A stretch of 64,000 bases of DNA, from assembly GCF_009914755.1 (NCBI RefSeq), contig NC_060927.1. One strand, 5' to 3'. The notes under the pieces were generated by a model, which was given only the letters and a program-made list of their open reading frames with translations, was not told the origin of the DNA and did no database searches. Position 1 is the first letter of the stretch. Each line of letters begins with the position of its first letter. This stretch comes from the human T2T-CHM13v2.0 reference genome, Homo sapiens. The position numbers and the translations under genes were made by a program. Below are positions 41,014-55,042 of this stretch, in pieces.

Positions 41014-42499
41014 TGGTTACTTGTACTTCAGATTTCCTCTCAGTGAACTGTTTGTTCCTATGCGATAACTATATTTATCCTGGGTTTTCTTTTTCCTACT
41101 TTAAGGTTTTTGTTTGTTTGTTTGTTTGTTTGTTTTAATTTTCTAACTGTCTTAAATGTTGCAAGTGGTTTTTTTCCAATATGTCATATCTCTACAGTTG
41201 CCTTTATTGTATACAAATTCCTTAGGTTACATGTAATCAAATCCAGTATTTTTTCATAAAGCAAAAAGGAACACTTTTGATATTAATAGTAGGTTTTGTA
41301 CCAATTAACTATGAAATATTATTTTTGTCTGCATAATTGGGGCTTATTTATATAAAAGGAGCATAATTAGTGAATGAGAAGTATTTTGTGGAATTCTGTA
41401 AGTCTTTTCAATACCATAAATGCTGCCTTTGGAAAGATTCAAACATATTGCCCTTCACATTTTTTAGAAAAAGATTGATACCTATGCTCATTATACTTTT
41501 TCTTCATTCTCAGTCATTTTGCCAGAAGCATGAAAGTTGAAATAATATTTTCCTGATCTTATTTTTATGTCTGATTCTAAAGTGAGAAATAGCACTCTTG
41601 AAACTTTACATCACATTTTATCTTATATTGTGAAAAGTTGAATTGATATCAACTAGAAAAAAATGTTATATTCTTTCGTTGCAGCAAATTACTTTCCCCA
41701 CAAAGATTCTGATCCAAGATGACCCACTGCATGGTATGCTGTGTTATAAGAGCAACATCCCTGTAATTTGAAGAATACCATGGAGACTCATTTTTTATCT
41801 TAAAAAAGAAGCTTCATGGGCACTGTTGATACATACCTTAGAGAGAGACAGAAAAGGAATTAAAGAAATAGATAGGTAATAAAGAAAGTTGCTTAGTTTT
41901 TCTTTTCAAAATATTGTGAGAAAAAAACCTTCCTTCCCTAAGCAGATAGTAGTCCTAAGCTATGGTAAATTTGAGGGAAGGAAACAAAAGAGAGGGGCAG
42001 CTACTATGTACAGTCTTTGGGATTTTATCAATATGCTATAGAAATTATTAATGTAAGACATAGTTCATAAATATGCTTCTTACATATCTGAAATGTGCTG
42101 TTAGTCATTTTATATTTGCAGCAAAAACAATTCAAAGCGCTAACTGGCAACACCTTCAGCCCTAACCTCACTCCATATTGCCCAGGAGAATCATGTTTGC
42201 CCAGAGCTTAGCAGAGGTATAACAGGGAACAAATGGAAGCAAAGCCTGCAGCCAGTAGCCTGAGTTCCATGATAATAAAATACTAAAAATATGAGAATTT
42301 GAGGTTGAATTAACTTCTGCCATTTTAGTGTACTTAAAACTATAACATATATTAAATGTATTTGATAAATTGTATAAATTGAGCTATTATATTCCAATAG
42401 ATTTGAGAGCATTCTCAGACTGTCTCATAATAAATATGATCGTTGGTATTACATCAGTTTGGATTTTGCTCTACTAATGAAGCCTGACGCAAATAGCTA

Positions 42500-42818
42500 G
42501 TGTTTACCAAACATCCACTTGTGTGCCTTTATGTTTCCTAGCCTCCTTTTTGCTAAGCTTGAGTCTGTATTACTCATCTATCTAGTCGAAATGATACATG
42601 TTTATTCTAGGCCAAATTTTCTCTTTTCTCTCTTTCTCAGATATGAATAACTTTAGAACTCTCATTTCCCAGAGATAGGAGCTACAAGATTACAAACGGC
42701 TGATTGATCTCCTTTAGATTTTGTGTGGGTGAAAAATAAAAGTTTGTTTTGTTAATTCCTTGAAATTTTGGAGCTGTCTGTTGTGGTAGCTATCACTAGC
42801 TACACTGACTAATTCTAC
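42500..42818 (+). mobile_element. Old MLT1 (H-K-like) LTR remnant
   Basis: 3' end GTGAAAAATAAAAGTTTG...TTTGGAGCTGTCTGTTG...CTGACTAAT. Confidence 0.45.
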
Positions 42819-45174
42819 AAACATCACAAATATCAAATGCTTAATGATACGTTTTTCTATTATTGTCAACAATCTTCATATTCAGTTATATCTTGTCAAC
42901 ATCAACAAGAAAATGACCCAAAATTTACAATCCTTGTGGATTTTTTTCAGTGCAGAACTTACACCTCATTGAGAGTTCCACTCAATTCTAACAATACTCA
43001 ACCAGGTTATCCGTAAGGTCTTGAGGATGAGAAGTACAAAAACAGCACATAAAAGATAGGGAAGGAAAATAAAGCTGAGAACAAAAATTGACCAAAAAAA
43101 ATATGAAAGGCAACAGAACCAGTTCTAAGTTATATACTAATAGTAAGAGAGGAGAAAGTTTCACAATGTATAGTATCCTTAATTATATAGAATTATTTTT
43201 GGAGGAAGACAGAATGATTATTGATGAAATCTGAATACAATCACAAGTAAAATATCAGTTCATCGTTTATCTTTAAAAGTAATGAGAATCTTTCCATCCA
43301 AAATTATGTGCAGATTTGTTTAAATATTACAAAGATTTTACTAATATGTTGAGATTTTCCTCAAACTTTGATAGACAAATAATATCGGACCATGTTGATC
43401 CTGTGGCTCAACACATGACCTCTGGAGGTTATCATGCCCCAGTTTTGGACACATGACTACTTGACAAAATGTCAGAGGAAAATAAATTTAAAGTAGAAAT
43501 GAATAATGATCATTGCACTTGGCAATTTAATGAATACTTCATTTGTGCCAACTATGTATTATTTAGATAAGATCATTCAAGAGACAAACTCAAAATAGCT
43601 AAGATTTATGCTAAAATAATTAAATATCTAGCTGCTTAAAGTATATATGTAAAAATTAAAATGTCAATACAAGCTTGAAATGTTACACTCTATGATAGAT
43701 GGGGAGAAAATAGGGGATTATGAATGATGAAATTGAGAACTAAGGATAACGAATTTGGAGAGAACTTTTGACTGTTCAGGGGAAGCCAGATTATTGACAC
43801 ATCAATTTGGATAGAAAAAAAATCTGCTTTAAAAATTATTTTATCTGGTTTCTTTAAAACCAGATAAAATACCTTACATGCAGGTAGCACTGGAAACATA
43901 TTTGAATGAATAAATAAATTAAGTATAATACATGGAAGAGGCATAGAAAAATGAAAGACCTAATTTTATTTTAATGGACAATAACTTGTATATGTATGCA
44001 GACCATTGAGGCAATTTACCTTTCTGATACCTTGAAGATGAAACAAAATTAACCGGCACATCAAAAAATAAATACCATTTTTATATGTTAATGTGTTTTG
44101 GTGATAATACTTATTTATAGTAAGGAAGACTCAACAACTAATGGTGCCCTTTTTTTCAGAAGATTTTATTTTCTTTTTCTTTTCAAACAGAAGAAAACAA
44201 AATGAATGAAAAACCATTTGCCTCCTAGAGTAATGTTTAAAACTGTATGAATAATTCACTCTACTTGGTGTGTAGTTGATTTTGAAAACCAAAATAGCAC
44301 AATTAGATGAATTAAAAGAACTTGATATCAATTAAATTAAAATAAACTTTTTCTTGGAAAACAGTTTTTGTTCTAAATTGCTTCTCTGCTCTGTATAAAT
44401 ATGTATAACATTAAAAGCATAAAATTTATTTCACTCTAAATTGAATTTTATTAATTGAGCATGCTGAGGTATAAATCAAATTTTATTTTAATCTGAAGCT
44501 TGAAAAAGAATACAATTTTTTGTGATAGGTTATAAAAATAAGAATTCATCTAATAATAATACAGTGATTAATTTATTTTAAACAACAGAGGATAAATAGT
44601 ACTAAAGAAACAGACTATATTTTGGAAAGTTATAATAAGCAATAAAAGCCTCTTTTTATTTCTGCTTCAGTAATAACTTCAAGTGGTCTGTGGAATGAAA
44701 AAAATACAAATAATTTGTAATGTTTTCACTAGGTACTATTAGCTATGTATTGCATTATCCGTTATTAAAAGAATGATTGGTGGAAAAATTGGTAAGAAAA
44801 AATGTCAGCATCTGTTTTATCTGATACTAGATCTCAGTAGTGAAATGTTCTAGAAGGATACTCCACCACAGCTAAATTTTAAGAATTGTAAAATGTGTAC
44901 TTGTTATATTATTAGTTGCAAGAATATTAGATAGAAAAAAAGTGTAGTCCAATAAAATAAGTTTAACCAAGATATCAGAACCCTCACTGAGATTCGTAAA
45001 AGAGTGGTTGTTAAATTTGAGGACAAGACTTGTAGTTAATTAGCCTACTTAGGCATTTTTCCAATTTATTTAATCCAAAAATCAATAAATGAAAAAATAG
45101 TTTAAAAAACCATCTTTCTTTGAGAATTTCTTATTTTGACAGAACAAGTTTTCTCTCAGTGCACCCTGGGAAAC

Positions 45175-45647
45175 ATTTTCCTTGAAACAAACAAACAAAA
45201 ATGTTATTTTAATGTTCCAGAGGTCAGGAGTCTGAAATGGTCTTACTGACTAATATCAAGATTTTTTGGAAGGACTACATTCCCTATAGAGGCTCTAGAG
45301 GAAGAAGTTAACTTGACTTTTCCAGCCAGTAGAGACTGCCTGGATTCCTTGGTTGGGACTCCATTCTCCATCTTTAAATCTAGCAGCACAACAGCTTCAA
45401 AGCCCTCTTCTGTCTGACCCTGCCTTCCATCGTCACCTCCTCTGATGTGGATACTCCACCTACCCATTAACAGGATGCTTTTAATTACATTGGATGCACC
45501 CAAATAACCCAAAATGATCTGCTCATATTGAAGAGTCTTAACTATATCTGCAAATCTATTTTGCCTTATAAGATATCAAATTCACAGATTCTTGGGGTTG
45601 GGAAATAGGCATCTTGAGGGAGGGGATGTATTCTTCTGCCTGCCACA
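45175..45647 (-). mobile_element. MLT1D-like LTR
   Basis: GAGGTCAGGAGTCTGAAATGG, GAGGCTCTAGAGGAAGA and ATTACATTGGATGCACC; ends CTGCCTGCCACA. Confidence 0.8.
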
Positions 45648-46140
45648 ATACACTCATGAGCAAAGATTCACATCAATCCCACATGGAAAATACATTCACT
45701 TCATCCCAACATCTCCAAAAATATCAACCCATTAAAGCATCAACTCAAGATTCCAAATCTAATCTTTGCATTTCAAAAGTTCTAAATCTCATCATTAAAA
45801 ATTATCTAAGTCAAGTATGGATGTAACTCTGTATGATGCATTCTGAGGCAAAATTCCTCTTTATCTGTGCACCTGTGGAATTAGATAATAAATTATCTGC
45901 TCCCAAAGTACACTGATAGAACAAGCAAAGGACACAAGTTATAGACATTTCCATTCACAAGGAGAAAGATGAGGAGGATTAAAAAGAGCTGTAAGTCCTA
46001 AACAATTCTGAAATTCAGCTGGATGGGTAAAATTAGGTTGTAAAGTCCAAGGATAATCTGTGGTTTGTGAATCTTCCTTCTAGTCCTGAAGCTTTTTCCA
46101 TAGAAAGGTAATACATGTTTTCTGCTGAGTAGTTTTATCA
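45648..46140 (-). mobile_element. MLT1 internal sequence adjoining the LTR
   Basis: CCCACATGGAAAATACATTCAC, CATTCTGAGGCAAAATTCCTCT and TTATCTGCTCCCAAA are typical MLT1-int motifs. Confidence 0.75.
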
Positions 46141-46206
46141 CCCTATGTTTCAGTCAATTCAGGCTGCTATAACAAATACTACAGAGTGGATGACTTGGAC
46201 AAACAT

Positions 46207-46595
46207 TGCATAATATCCTCAGGGTTCATCCCTGTTTCATATGTTGCAGGATTTCTTCTTTTTTAAAGTGGAATAATATTCCATTGTATGTATACAACGT
46301 ACGTTTTTAATCAATTTATCTGTCCATGGACGTTTACATTGTAACCACATATTGGCTATTGTGAACACTGTTGCAATGAACATAGGAGTACTAATATCTC
46401 TTCAAGGTCCTGATGTAAATTATTTGGGGTATATACCCAGAAGTGGGATTGCTAGATCATATGATAGGTTCCATTTTTCAGCTTTAGAACAACCCTCATA
46501 CTGTTTTCCATTAGTGGCTACACAATTTTATGTTCCCACCAACAGTGTATAGGGTTCCAATTTCTTCACATCCTCACCAACACCTGTGTTTTCAT
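46207..46595 (-). mobile_element. L1MA/MB-type 3' fragment
   Basis: GGCTATTGTGAACACTGTTGCAATGAACATAGGAGT...ATATACCCAGAAGTGGGATTGCTAGATCATATG. Confidence 0.85.
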
Positions 46596-47649
46596 ATGCA
46601 CCATTTTTTTGAGTGAGCATGTTTATCACAAAGTGGTCCCCAGTAGGCTTAATAATTATCACATTATTATTATTATTATTGCATTCATATATTCTTAGCG
46701 TTCCTTTTATTGAATTTATGGGCTTATAAAGATGAAGCACAAACCACGGTCCATAGGAAATCTACTGAGGTAATGTGACTAATCCTTGTCCAGGTGACAT
46801 GCCAGCTATCTTGCTGTATGTACCTATACTTTCCTCTATAGACTTTAGTCAGCAATACCTATACATTTCCTGTGTACTATTTACTGTGAAAAATAGAATT
46901 AATATTGAAAATTGCTTTGCAATTCTCATTGTTCTTTATTCTAAAAAGACATTTCTGATTTACTGGGCAATATTTTCAGTTACTTATTTTAATCAGAATA
47001 GTTATATTTATGTGCACGTTTTAAAGGTTGATATCTCCTGATAGATTTTAATAATTTGTTATTTGGATTTCCCAGTGTGTACCTCATTCAATTGCTTGCA
47101 CAGTTTATAGTCTTTCTGCCATAGCTACATCTAATTCTAGATGGAGACAGCTTTTCTGTTATGTTGACAATTTTGTGTTGTTGATAAACATTGTCAACTA
47201 TTGTAGAAAAATCTTAAGGAAACAATATAAATAATGGCAATGATAGGAGATCAATATACACAAACAAATCTTAGGGTAGAAATGCACTTTATGCTTGATA
47301 ATGTGGTAAAATCACAAGAGAAATTTTAATAAATAGAATTGCAGGAATAAAATAAAATTATTGAATATATTTTAATAATTAGATTGTAATTATATAGAGG
47401 ATGCTGATTCAAGCAAAGATCTAAGTTTGTTTATTTTGAAATTTAAATATCTATATAATAATAAATCAATATCTGAAGAAATCCTTTATAAATCATTAGA
47501 CTAAGTAAATATGGAATGAAAAAGCTAAGCAGTGATATATAAGTTTGTGTTTAAAGATGAGTATTAATACAAATTTTAAAGTTTGGGTTTATATATGTTT
47601 TTTAACTAAAAATGCATATTCAGCAAAATTTATTTATTTAAACAACAGC

Positions 47650-48040
47650 TGATACGGTTTGGCTCTGTGTCCCTATCCAAATCTCATCTTGAATTGTAGT
47701 CTCCATAATCCCCACATGTTAAGGGGGGATCTGGTGGGAGGTGACTGGATCATGGCAGTGATTGGATCATGGCAGTGGTTGCCCCCATGCTGTTCTCATG
47801 ATAGTGAGTTTTCATGAGATCTGATGGTTTTATAATTACTTGACAGTTCCTCCTTTACAGGATCTCTCTTGCCTGCCACCATGTAAGATGTGCTTGCTAC
47901 CCCTTCAACTTCTGCCATGATTTTAAATTTCCTGAGGCCTCCCCAGCCATGTGGAACTGTGAGTCAATTAATCTTCTTTCCTTTATAAATTACCCAGTCT
48001 TGGGTATCTCTTTATAGCAGTGTGAACTTGGACTAATACA
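47650..48040 (+). mobile_element. THE1D-like solo LTR
   Basis: TGATACGGTTTGGCTCTGTGTCCC...GACTAATACA, TSD (A/C)CAGC, and an internal 17-bp duplication GTGA(C/T)TGGATCATGGCA. Confidence 0.92.
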
Positions 48041-49014
48041 CCAGCTTTTTGATTTAAAAAAATGATGTGAAAATGGTGACTTTAGTAAGCTTGTCTTTCA
48101 GGGTTTTAATAAATTCTGGATAACCTAGACATAGATTTTGGAATTAAAGTTTAAGTACGTATATCTTAAGATACAAAACCAAAAACAAGTTTGCTTATGT
48201 TCCTACTGGTTGCTTATCTTCCTACTAGAGGTGGAGAAAGACTAAAGATATCCAAATTGATTTAGTTCCATAGAATGGGGATTTTTATTTTTTTTAGGGA
48301 CACATGAAAACAGAATGACAAGAATGTGTCTCAGTGTCTCTATAAAAGATAACTGGGAATATTCTGGGAATATTTGTATCTTCTTAATAACCAAAGAAAT
48401 ACACCAAATTTGTAAATATTCAAAATTAATATCCTAACAAGCATCTCAGGCCCTACAAAATTTAACCGTGACCAGGCCAACACCTATCTATGCTGGAATC
48501 AAAGAACACACATTGAAGATACCTAAGAATCAAAAGAGTTGTCAGAAAATCTGTCTGAAATTGGCTTCATTGGGAGAAGAATGACTTTTTATTATCTCAT
48601 ATTAGTGCACTTTCAATTTCCCCTAGTATCCTCCTTCAATTGTCCTTCAATTAGAGACAAACCTATGACTTGGCTTATTATATGACATTGGCTTTGCTTC
48701 CAGTCTCAGCTACTTGTAGGTTAGAGCTGTGTACATTATAAATGTAATCATGGAGTCTAATATAGGAAATAAATTATACAGGTTTATTAAATGAATGAGT
48801 ATAAAGAAATGTTAGCACCCTTCCCCCAATCATTTCATGCCAACCTCAATCATGTAAAAGCTACCCCTTCCTTCCAAGTCTATATCTCACACTACTATTC
48901 CTCTGAAATAAGCAATAAGAAGCAAAATCATTTTATTTAAAATCCATTGTCAAGATGCAGCAATACTGTTGAGAAAGTAACTATCTCTTCATGTATATAA
49001 GGGAGGATATCTGA

Positions 49015-49230
49015 CAGTGCAACAAGCATTGAATTTTGAAGCAGAGCATGGAAATTTTAAGTCCTTATTCTTCTATCAACTTAATTTATGGTCATGGGCA
49101 TTTAACTTGAGATCTGTAAATCTCAGCTTTGCTTTTAAATAGAGAAAATAACTTGAAATCTATAAATCTCAGCTTTGCTTTTAAATAGGGAAAATAATGT
49201 CTGACCAACTTAATTCATTAAGCTATTGTA
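49015..49230 (+). mobile_element. MIR with a 46-bp tandem duplication (49103-49197)
   Basis: MIR core-like TAACTTGAGATCTGTAAATCTCAGCTTTGCTTTTAAATAGAGAAAA occurs twice, with 3 mismatches. Confidence 0.65.
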
Positions 49231-49389
49231 ATTCTGATTTGTGAATAATTTTAAATATAAAAATTTTAACTATTCAATGTTGTTATGTGTTTTTTCTCTT
49301 AAATGATGACTTCTCTATTAAAAATTAAACATAATTTTCAGTGTATGTGTTAACTGAAGTGATCTATTTTAATTAAATAGATTTATTTA

Positions 49390-50121
49390 CATATTCATTT
49401 GTTAAGTCATAAAATGAGTAGGTACTTGCTACCTACCTCCTATGCGCCAGAGATTTCTCTGTTCACTAAGAGTTCAGTCATGGACATAAGAAAAGTTGCC
49501 TCTCTCTTTCTCTCCCTCACTACCTCTCTCTCTCTCTCCCTCTATTTACATTCAATTGGAAAGAATAAATTGAACACATAACTAAAAAGGAAAATTTCAG
49601 ATACTATTGAGCGTTACATGGAAAATTAGTGTTTAACAGATAGTGATTTCTACTTCAGTTATTATAAAAGCTATACCTTAAGAGGTTAACATTTAAATTG
49701 AAATTTTAATGCCATGAAAGAGCAAGTCTTGCTAAGTTAAAATCAGCATGAAGAGCTTTTATGGCAGAGGAAATGATGTCAAGGTAGAAATCGATTTGAT
49801 TATTTGAGAAACTGAAAAGATATCTAGGCTGCCTATGCACGGACCAGAGTGGCTAGGGGGGAAAGTGGTCCAGGAAAAGAATAGTTAAGTAAGATGGAGG
49901 CTAGGTCACATAAACCTTAGCATCCTGAATGTTTGGGCTGACCTCCCAAACATTTGCATTCCTCCAAATTCATATGTTGATGTCCTAATCCACAGCACCT
50001 CAAAACATGACTGTATTTGGAGATAGGGTTTATAAAGAGGTAATTTAGTTAAAAATCAGGTAATTAGACCAGATCCTAATCCAATATGACCAGCGTCTTT
50101 ATGAGAAGAGGAATTAAGGAG

Positions 50122-50169
<48 letters not shown>

Positions 50170-50530
50170 GAACACCATGTGAGCATGAAGATGGCCATCT
50201 GTCGGCCAAGAAGAGAGGACTCAGAAGAAACCAGTCCTGCTGACAGTTGATCTCAGACTTCTAGCTTCCTGAACTGTAAGAAAATAAATTTTTGTTGTTT
50301 AAGATTCCAGGTCTGTGGTACTTTGCTATAGCAGGCCAAGCAAACTAATACACTGGCAAAGGGGTTTGTATTTTACTCTGAGTACGAGAGTCAATCATCT
50401 AAGGGCTTTCAGCCAGGGAGTGTCATAATCTATCCGATTTATATTCCTTTCAGAAGACTCTAGCTGCTCTGTGTATGACTCATTTTTGTAAGATAGTAGA
50501 GGAGATAGCAGAGAAGCAAGAGAGAAAGCT
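49390..50530 (-). mobile_element. L2 3' region, interrupted by MLT1B
   Basis: ATTCATTTGTT...CTACCTCCTATGCGCCAG, TTGAGAAACTGAAAAGA and TTTTACTCTGAGT motifs. Confidence 0.55.
49930..50352 (+). mobile_element. MLT1B-like solo LTR containing (AC)n at 50124-50166
   Basis: CCAAATTCATATGTTGA, TGACTGTATTTGGAGATAGGG and end GCAAACTAATACA. Confidence 0.88.
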
Positions 50531-51839
50531 TGTTGCAGAACATATACATGCTGTGTGTATGTAGAACAGAGGCTGCATGCATATGAATTTGTGAATAGCT
50601 GTACATGCATTTTAGATATGTATGTAACCACAGTGCTTCATTGTGTATTTTGACAGATGTTATAACACACGATTGGTCACACACTCACAATTTTATTTTC
50701 CCTAAAAGCTTGATATTGATATTATATTTTATAGACAAACCTAGATGTTTAGCCAGTTGGCCATATTGTTGCCTTACTATTGATAAATAAGCTTTTGTTA
50801 CGTATTGTTTTGTGTTTGGTTTTGATAAACACGTTTACTCTGTCTCAAAGAGAAAGGAACACACGTTTGTGTGTGTGTATATATATGTATTTGAGATATA
50901 TATAGAGAGAGATATGATGTATATCTATATATATGATGAGTCAATATATACAATAAAAATTAAAAATCATGTTATTAATTCATGAAAGAAGACACATGTT
51001 AGAGAGAGAGTTTATATACTGGAAAAGGCACAGTACTAGGAATAAGGGGACTTATCACTCAATTGTTTTATGATATAAGGAGGTAAACAACTTAATTATT
51101 AACTTTCATATCTATGAATATATGTATTTATAGAAGTTATTTTAAATGTTGAATTGATTAAGGAAACAGAAACTTAAAGGCAAACAAAAACCATGACATA
51201 GATATTAAAATAATAGAGATACATTAATTATTCAGTTAACCAACATCCTAGATATAAATAACAACTCTCCTTTTAAAATGAGATATTCCATTTTAAAGCA
51301 TATTATTTGCAGTTGATTTAATTTACAACATTATATGAAATTGGAATGTATAGTCAGTGAGCAGCATTGTTCACAGAAATGAAACATATGTTACCAGTAG
51401 CAGTTGTCTGATGAAGCTTCATTATTCAGTTCAAAAATGCTGAAGCTATAATCATTAAACATATGCCAAAGACAGAAATATAGCAGCTCTAGTATGAGAG
51501 AGAATTAAGGTGGGAGAGGGGAATATAAAAGATCTTTATAGAGGCACAAAGAGAATTGGAAATCTAATTATAATCATGTTTTTTATTAGTTATTCATGAT
51601 TGTCTCCACATCGTTTAGTTAGAACAATTGAGTAATAGCCAGAGCCACTTTACAGAGGACTATTTATTAAGGCAGGATTTTACAAGAAAGTTGATGATTT
51701 ATTAAAATGGTAGCTATGATTCTGTCTAGAAGCTAATTATAATATCAGAAATATGATGGAAGATCTACCATCATATTTCTGATGCTTATCCCCATAGAAA
51801 GTGGCATCTTCAAGTTTCTATTCTATTACTAGTGTAATA

Positions 51840-52245
51840 AGAGGAATGTCCAGTTAGCTAAAAACTGATTCTGAGATGGAGATTGATGTGCCATATATTT
51901 ATTAGAAGAAGGAAGAGGCAGAATTCAGAATAGGAACAACTCAGGTTGTGATGCAATTGGACAAAGCCCAGGCCAGCTTTGGGAGATATTCTAGAGAGAT
52001 TGTTGTCCATTAGTTTTACCAGATGGGACCAAAATGGCCAAATCTTTCTATTCTTGCCTTGCTTAGTCACTGGATGCAAGATTGCCTTAAAAAGTGTGAC
52101 TTTAGGCAGGGTTAGTCTTTGCAGCTAGGACAAACTCTGAAGAAGTTAAGAGCTGAAGTTTGTCTGCTGATCACATTTCTCAGAGTTAGGCAGCACATCC
52201 TTTCTTGAAGTTGGACCTGGATTAGCACATCTCAATATGGACCTC
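51840..52245 (-). mobile_element. LTR16-like (ERVL class) 3' LTR
   Basis: ATTCTGAGATGGAGATT..TTTATT, AGTCACTGGATG and GTGTGACTTTAGGCAGG match antisense LTR16. Confidence 0.7.
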
Positions 52246-53324
52246 TTTCCAGCACTTGTGCTACTTGGATCTACTCCATATATTTTTGGGGAGCAGCTCC
52301 TTCAGGGTTTCCTTGAAGATCTCTTCTTGATAGAAAACCTGAAGGAGGGATGAACTTCAGGTTTTGCCAGTGCAGTCGGTTATGGTACCTTAACTGATAT
52401 GCATCATTGTCATCCTCCACTGTCCATTCTAGAGTTCACTTCCCTCAGCTTCTACCTCTTTTAGTCTTGGTGGTTTATCCACTGGTGTGACCTAGAAACG
52501 TATCCCCCAGGTACTTGATCCCCAGTTCACCATGACCTTCTTAAGCTAGGTTGCTGTATATTAATGGTGCTGTATATTAATATAATATAACCTTGTTAAG
52601 CTAGGTTACATTATATTAATGGTGGGGAAAGGAAGTATTGAAAATCCCTCAAGCTGATTATCTGCACTCTTTCCTACATTTATCGTGCAGAATATACCAC
52701 CTAATGATCAGTGTCAACTGACAATTACACCTGCAAGAAATAATGACTTTCCTTCTTGCTTGATATTCCCTGGACACAGAATTACCAAAGTGTCCAGGAA
52801 GCAGATATTGATAACCATTCAGTGAGACTCTTTCATTCCCCCGACGAGAGTGTGCCCTCTTGGGATCACAGCCCTTAATGTTGCAAGCCCAAAGTTGTAG
52901 AAACTGAAATAACAAAATCTCCTAGTAGATCATTAGGAGTGATGGTAACTCAGGTACTCTCGTTTTCATGTCCTGCTTCCCAGACCCATGTACTCTTCCT
53001 TTGAAGAAAAAGTGCAAAATAAACATTTTTGTTTAATGCATATTATGCATAGTGGATGAGACATGCTACTCTTACAGAATATTTCCTTAGAGCTGTGTTT
53101 CAAAAGTGTCTTCAGCAGGCCAGTGGCTTCTGCGTGGTACAATGTGAGACAGAACAATAAGGTCTTGTGGATGTGGGTTTCATCTCCCACATTCTTTGAT
53201 TTATATGTACCCTCTGGTCTGATATAAAGCTGTGATCCCATATCAATGGATCAAATGCTCCGTAAGCTCTCTGATATGGGTACTAGCCAATGCCCTACTG
53301 ATAAGATAGGAAATCTACTCAGAA

Positions 53325-54064
53325 TATATTTTATATATATTATATATATATATTATTATATATATATAAAGTTATATATATATAAAACATTATATATATA
53401 AAGTTATATATATATAATGTTATATATATATACTGGAAGGGTTAAAACTTTCTTTATGTATATATAACATTATATATATATAAAACATTATATATATATA
53501 TAGCTATACATAACTTTATATATAGTTATATATATAGCTATACATAACTTTATATATAGTTATATATATAGCTATACATAACTTTATATATAGTTATATA
53601 TATAGCTATATATATAACTATATATATAGTTATATATATAGCTATATATATAACTATATATATAGTTATATATATATAACTATAGCTATACATAACTTTA
53701 TATATAGTTATATATATAGCTATACATAACTTTATATATAGTTATATATATAGCTATATATATAACTATATGTATAGCTATATATATAGCTATATATATA
53801 GTTATATATATAGCTATATATATAACTTTATATATAGCTATATATATAGCTATATATATAACTTTATATATAGCTATATATAACTTTATATATAGTTATA
53901 TATATAGCTATATATACAACTTTATATATAGTTATATATATAGCTATATATATAACTTTATATATAGTTATATATATAGCTATATATATAACTATATATA
54001 TAGTTATATATAACTATATATTATATATAACATTTTATATATATAACATTATGTATATATATAT
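53325..54064. repeat. Complex palindromic AT-rich mini/microsatellite
   Basis: About 740 bp of (TA)n punctuated by AGCT, AACT/AGTT and ACAT, with a recurring ~36-bp unit TATAGCTATACATAACTTTATATATAGTTATATATA. Confidence 0.95.
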
Positions 54065-55042
54065 AAAGAAAGTTTTAACCCTACCAGGATGGAGGGGAAC
54101 CAATGTAACAAATTTACCACCAGCTATGCAGTAGATTTTATCTGGAAAGAATGCAAATTTGTTTAGGGTGTGGTCATTGTTGGTGTCTATTCCTGGCAGG
54201 TTGGATTATCTTTAATAATTGTGAGTTCAGAGACACGTTGGGTCTCTGTCTCTGCCACTATAACCACTTCTGCTATATCCTTTTATACCAGCACTGTTGT
54301 GGCCATTAATACAGACTATCTGGTGTCAACTAGCTCAGTAGTTTTATTTAATTTTTTAGTATCTCTTCCATGGTGAAAACTCTCTGGGGAACACCAATGT
54401 GAGCTAGAAAGCCCTTCAAATGTCATGCTTACTTGACTATGTTGATTCACATGTCTTTATCCCAAAACCCCTTGCCCCACATTTCCCCATATTTTTTTCT
54501 TCCAAGTCCCTGATTAAATGTCCAGGAGCTTTATATCTATTCCCAAAACTGTTTATATTCTAACTTTGATGCATTGTTTTCCACAAAATTTTAAACCAGG
54601 TATATTACCAAAAGAATTTTTTTTTTTTTTACATATTGACTTTCAAGCTAATTCCTGACTAGGCCATAATATAAGTGCTCTTCATTTCTTATATGCACTC
54701 ATACAATGCTGACCAATCTATAAGCTAAACTTAAGCATTTTTGTACCTACTCAAGTGGTCATGTGGCATTCCCCATCAACCATAGATGTGAATTCAGGAA
54801 CGGATGCTGGGGTACCCTTTAGTGCCTTGAAAGTTGTGTTATCTTACTTTTCGTAGGAGGCACAGGTGCAATAACTTTGCATCTACTTTGGAGAGGGTGA
54901 CCCAGAGCACCCTGGATTAAGTATTCCTAAATAGTTTTAAAATATGCCAGGACCCTGAATCTCCACAGGGTTAATGTCTCACCCTCTAAAATGTGTGTAT
55001 CTTACCAAAACTTTTAGAATGCTAGTCATGTCATAGTCATAA

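Noticed and set aside
53325-54064. CRISPR-like or coded repeat array
   Set aside because: It has no unique spacers; it is a low-complexity TA-derived satellite in eukaryotic DNA.
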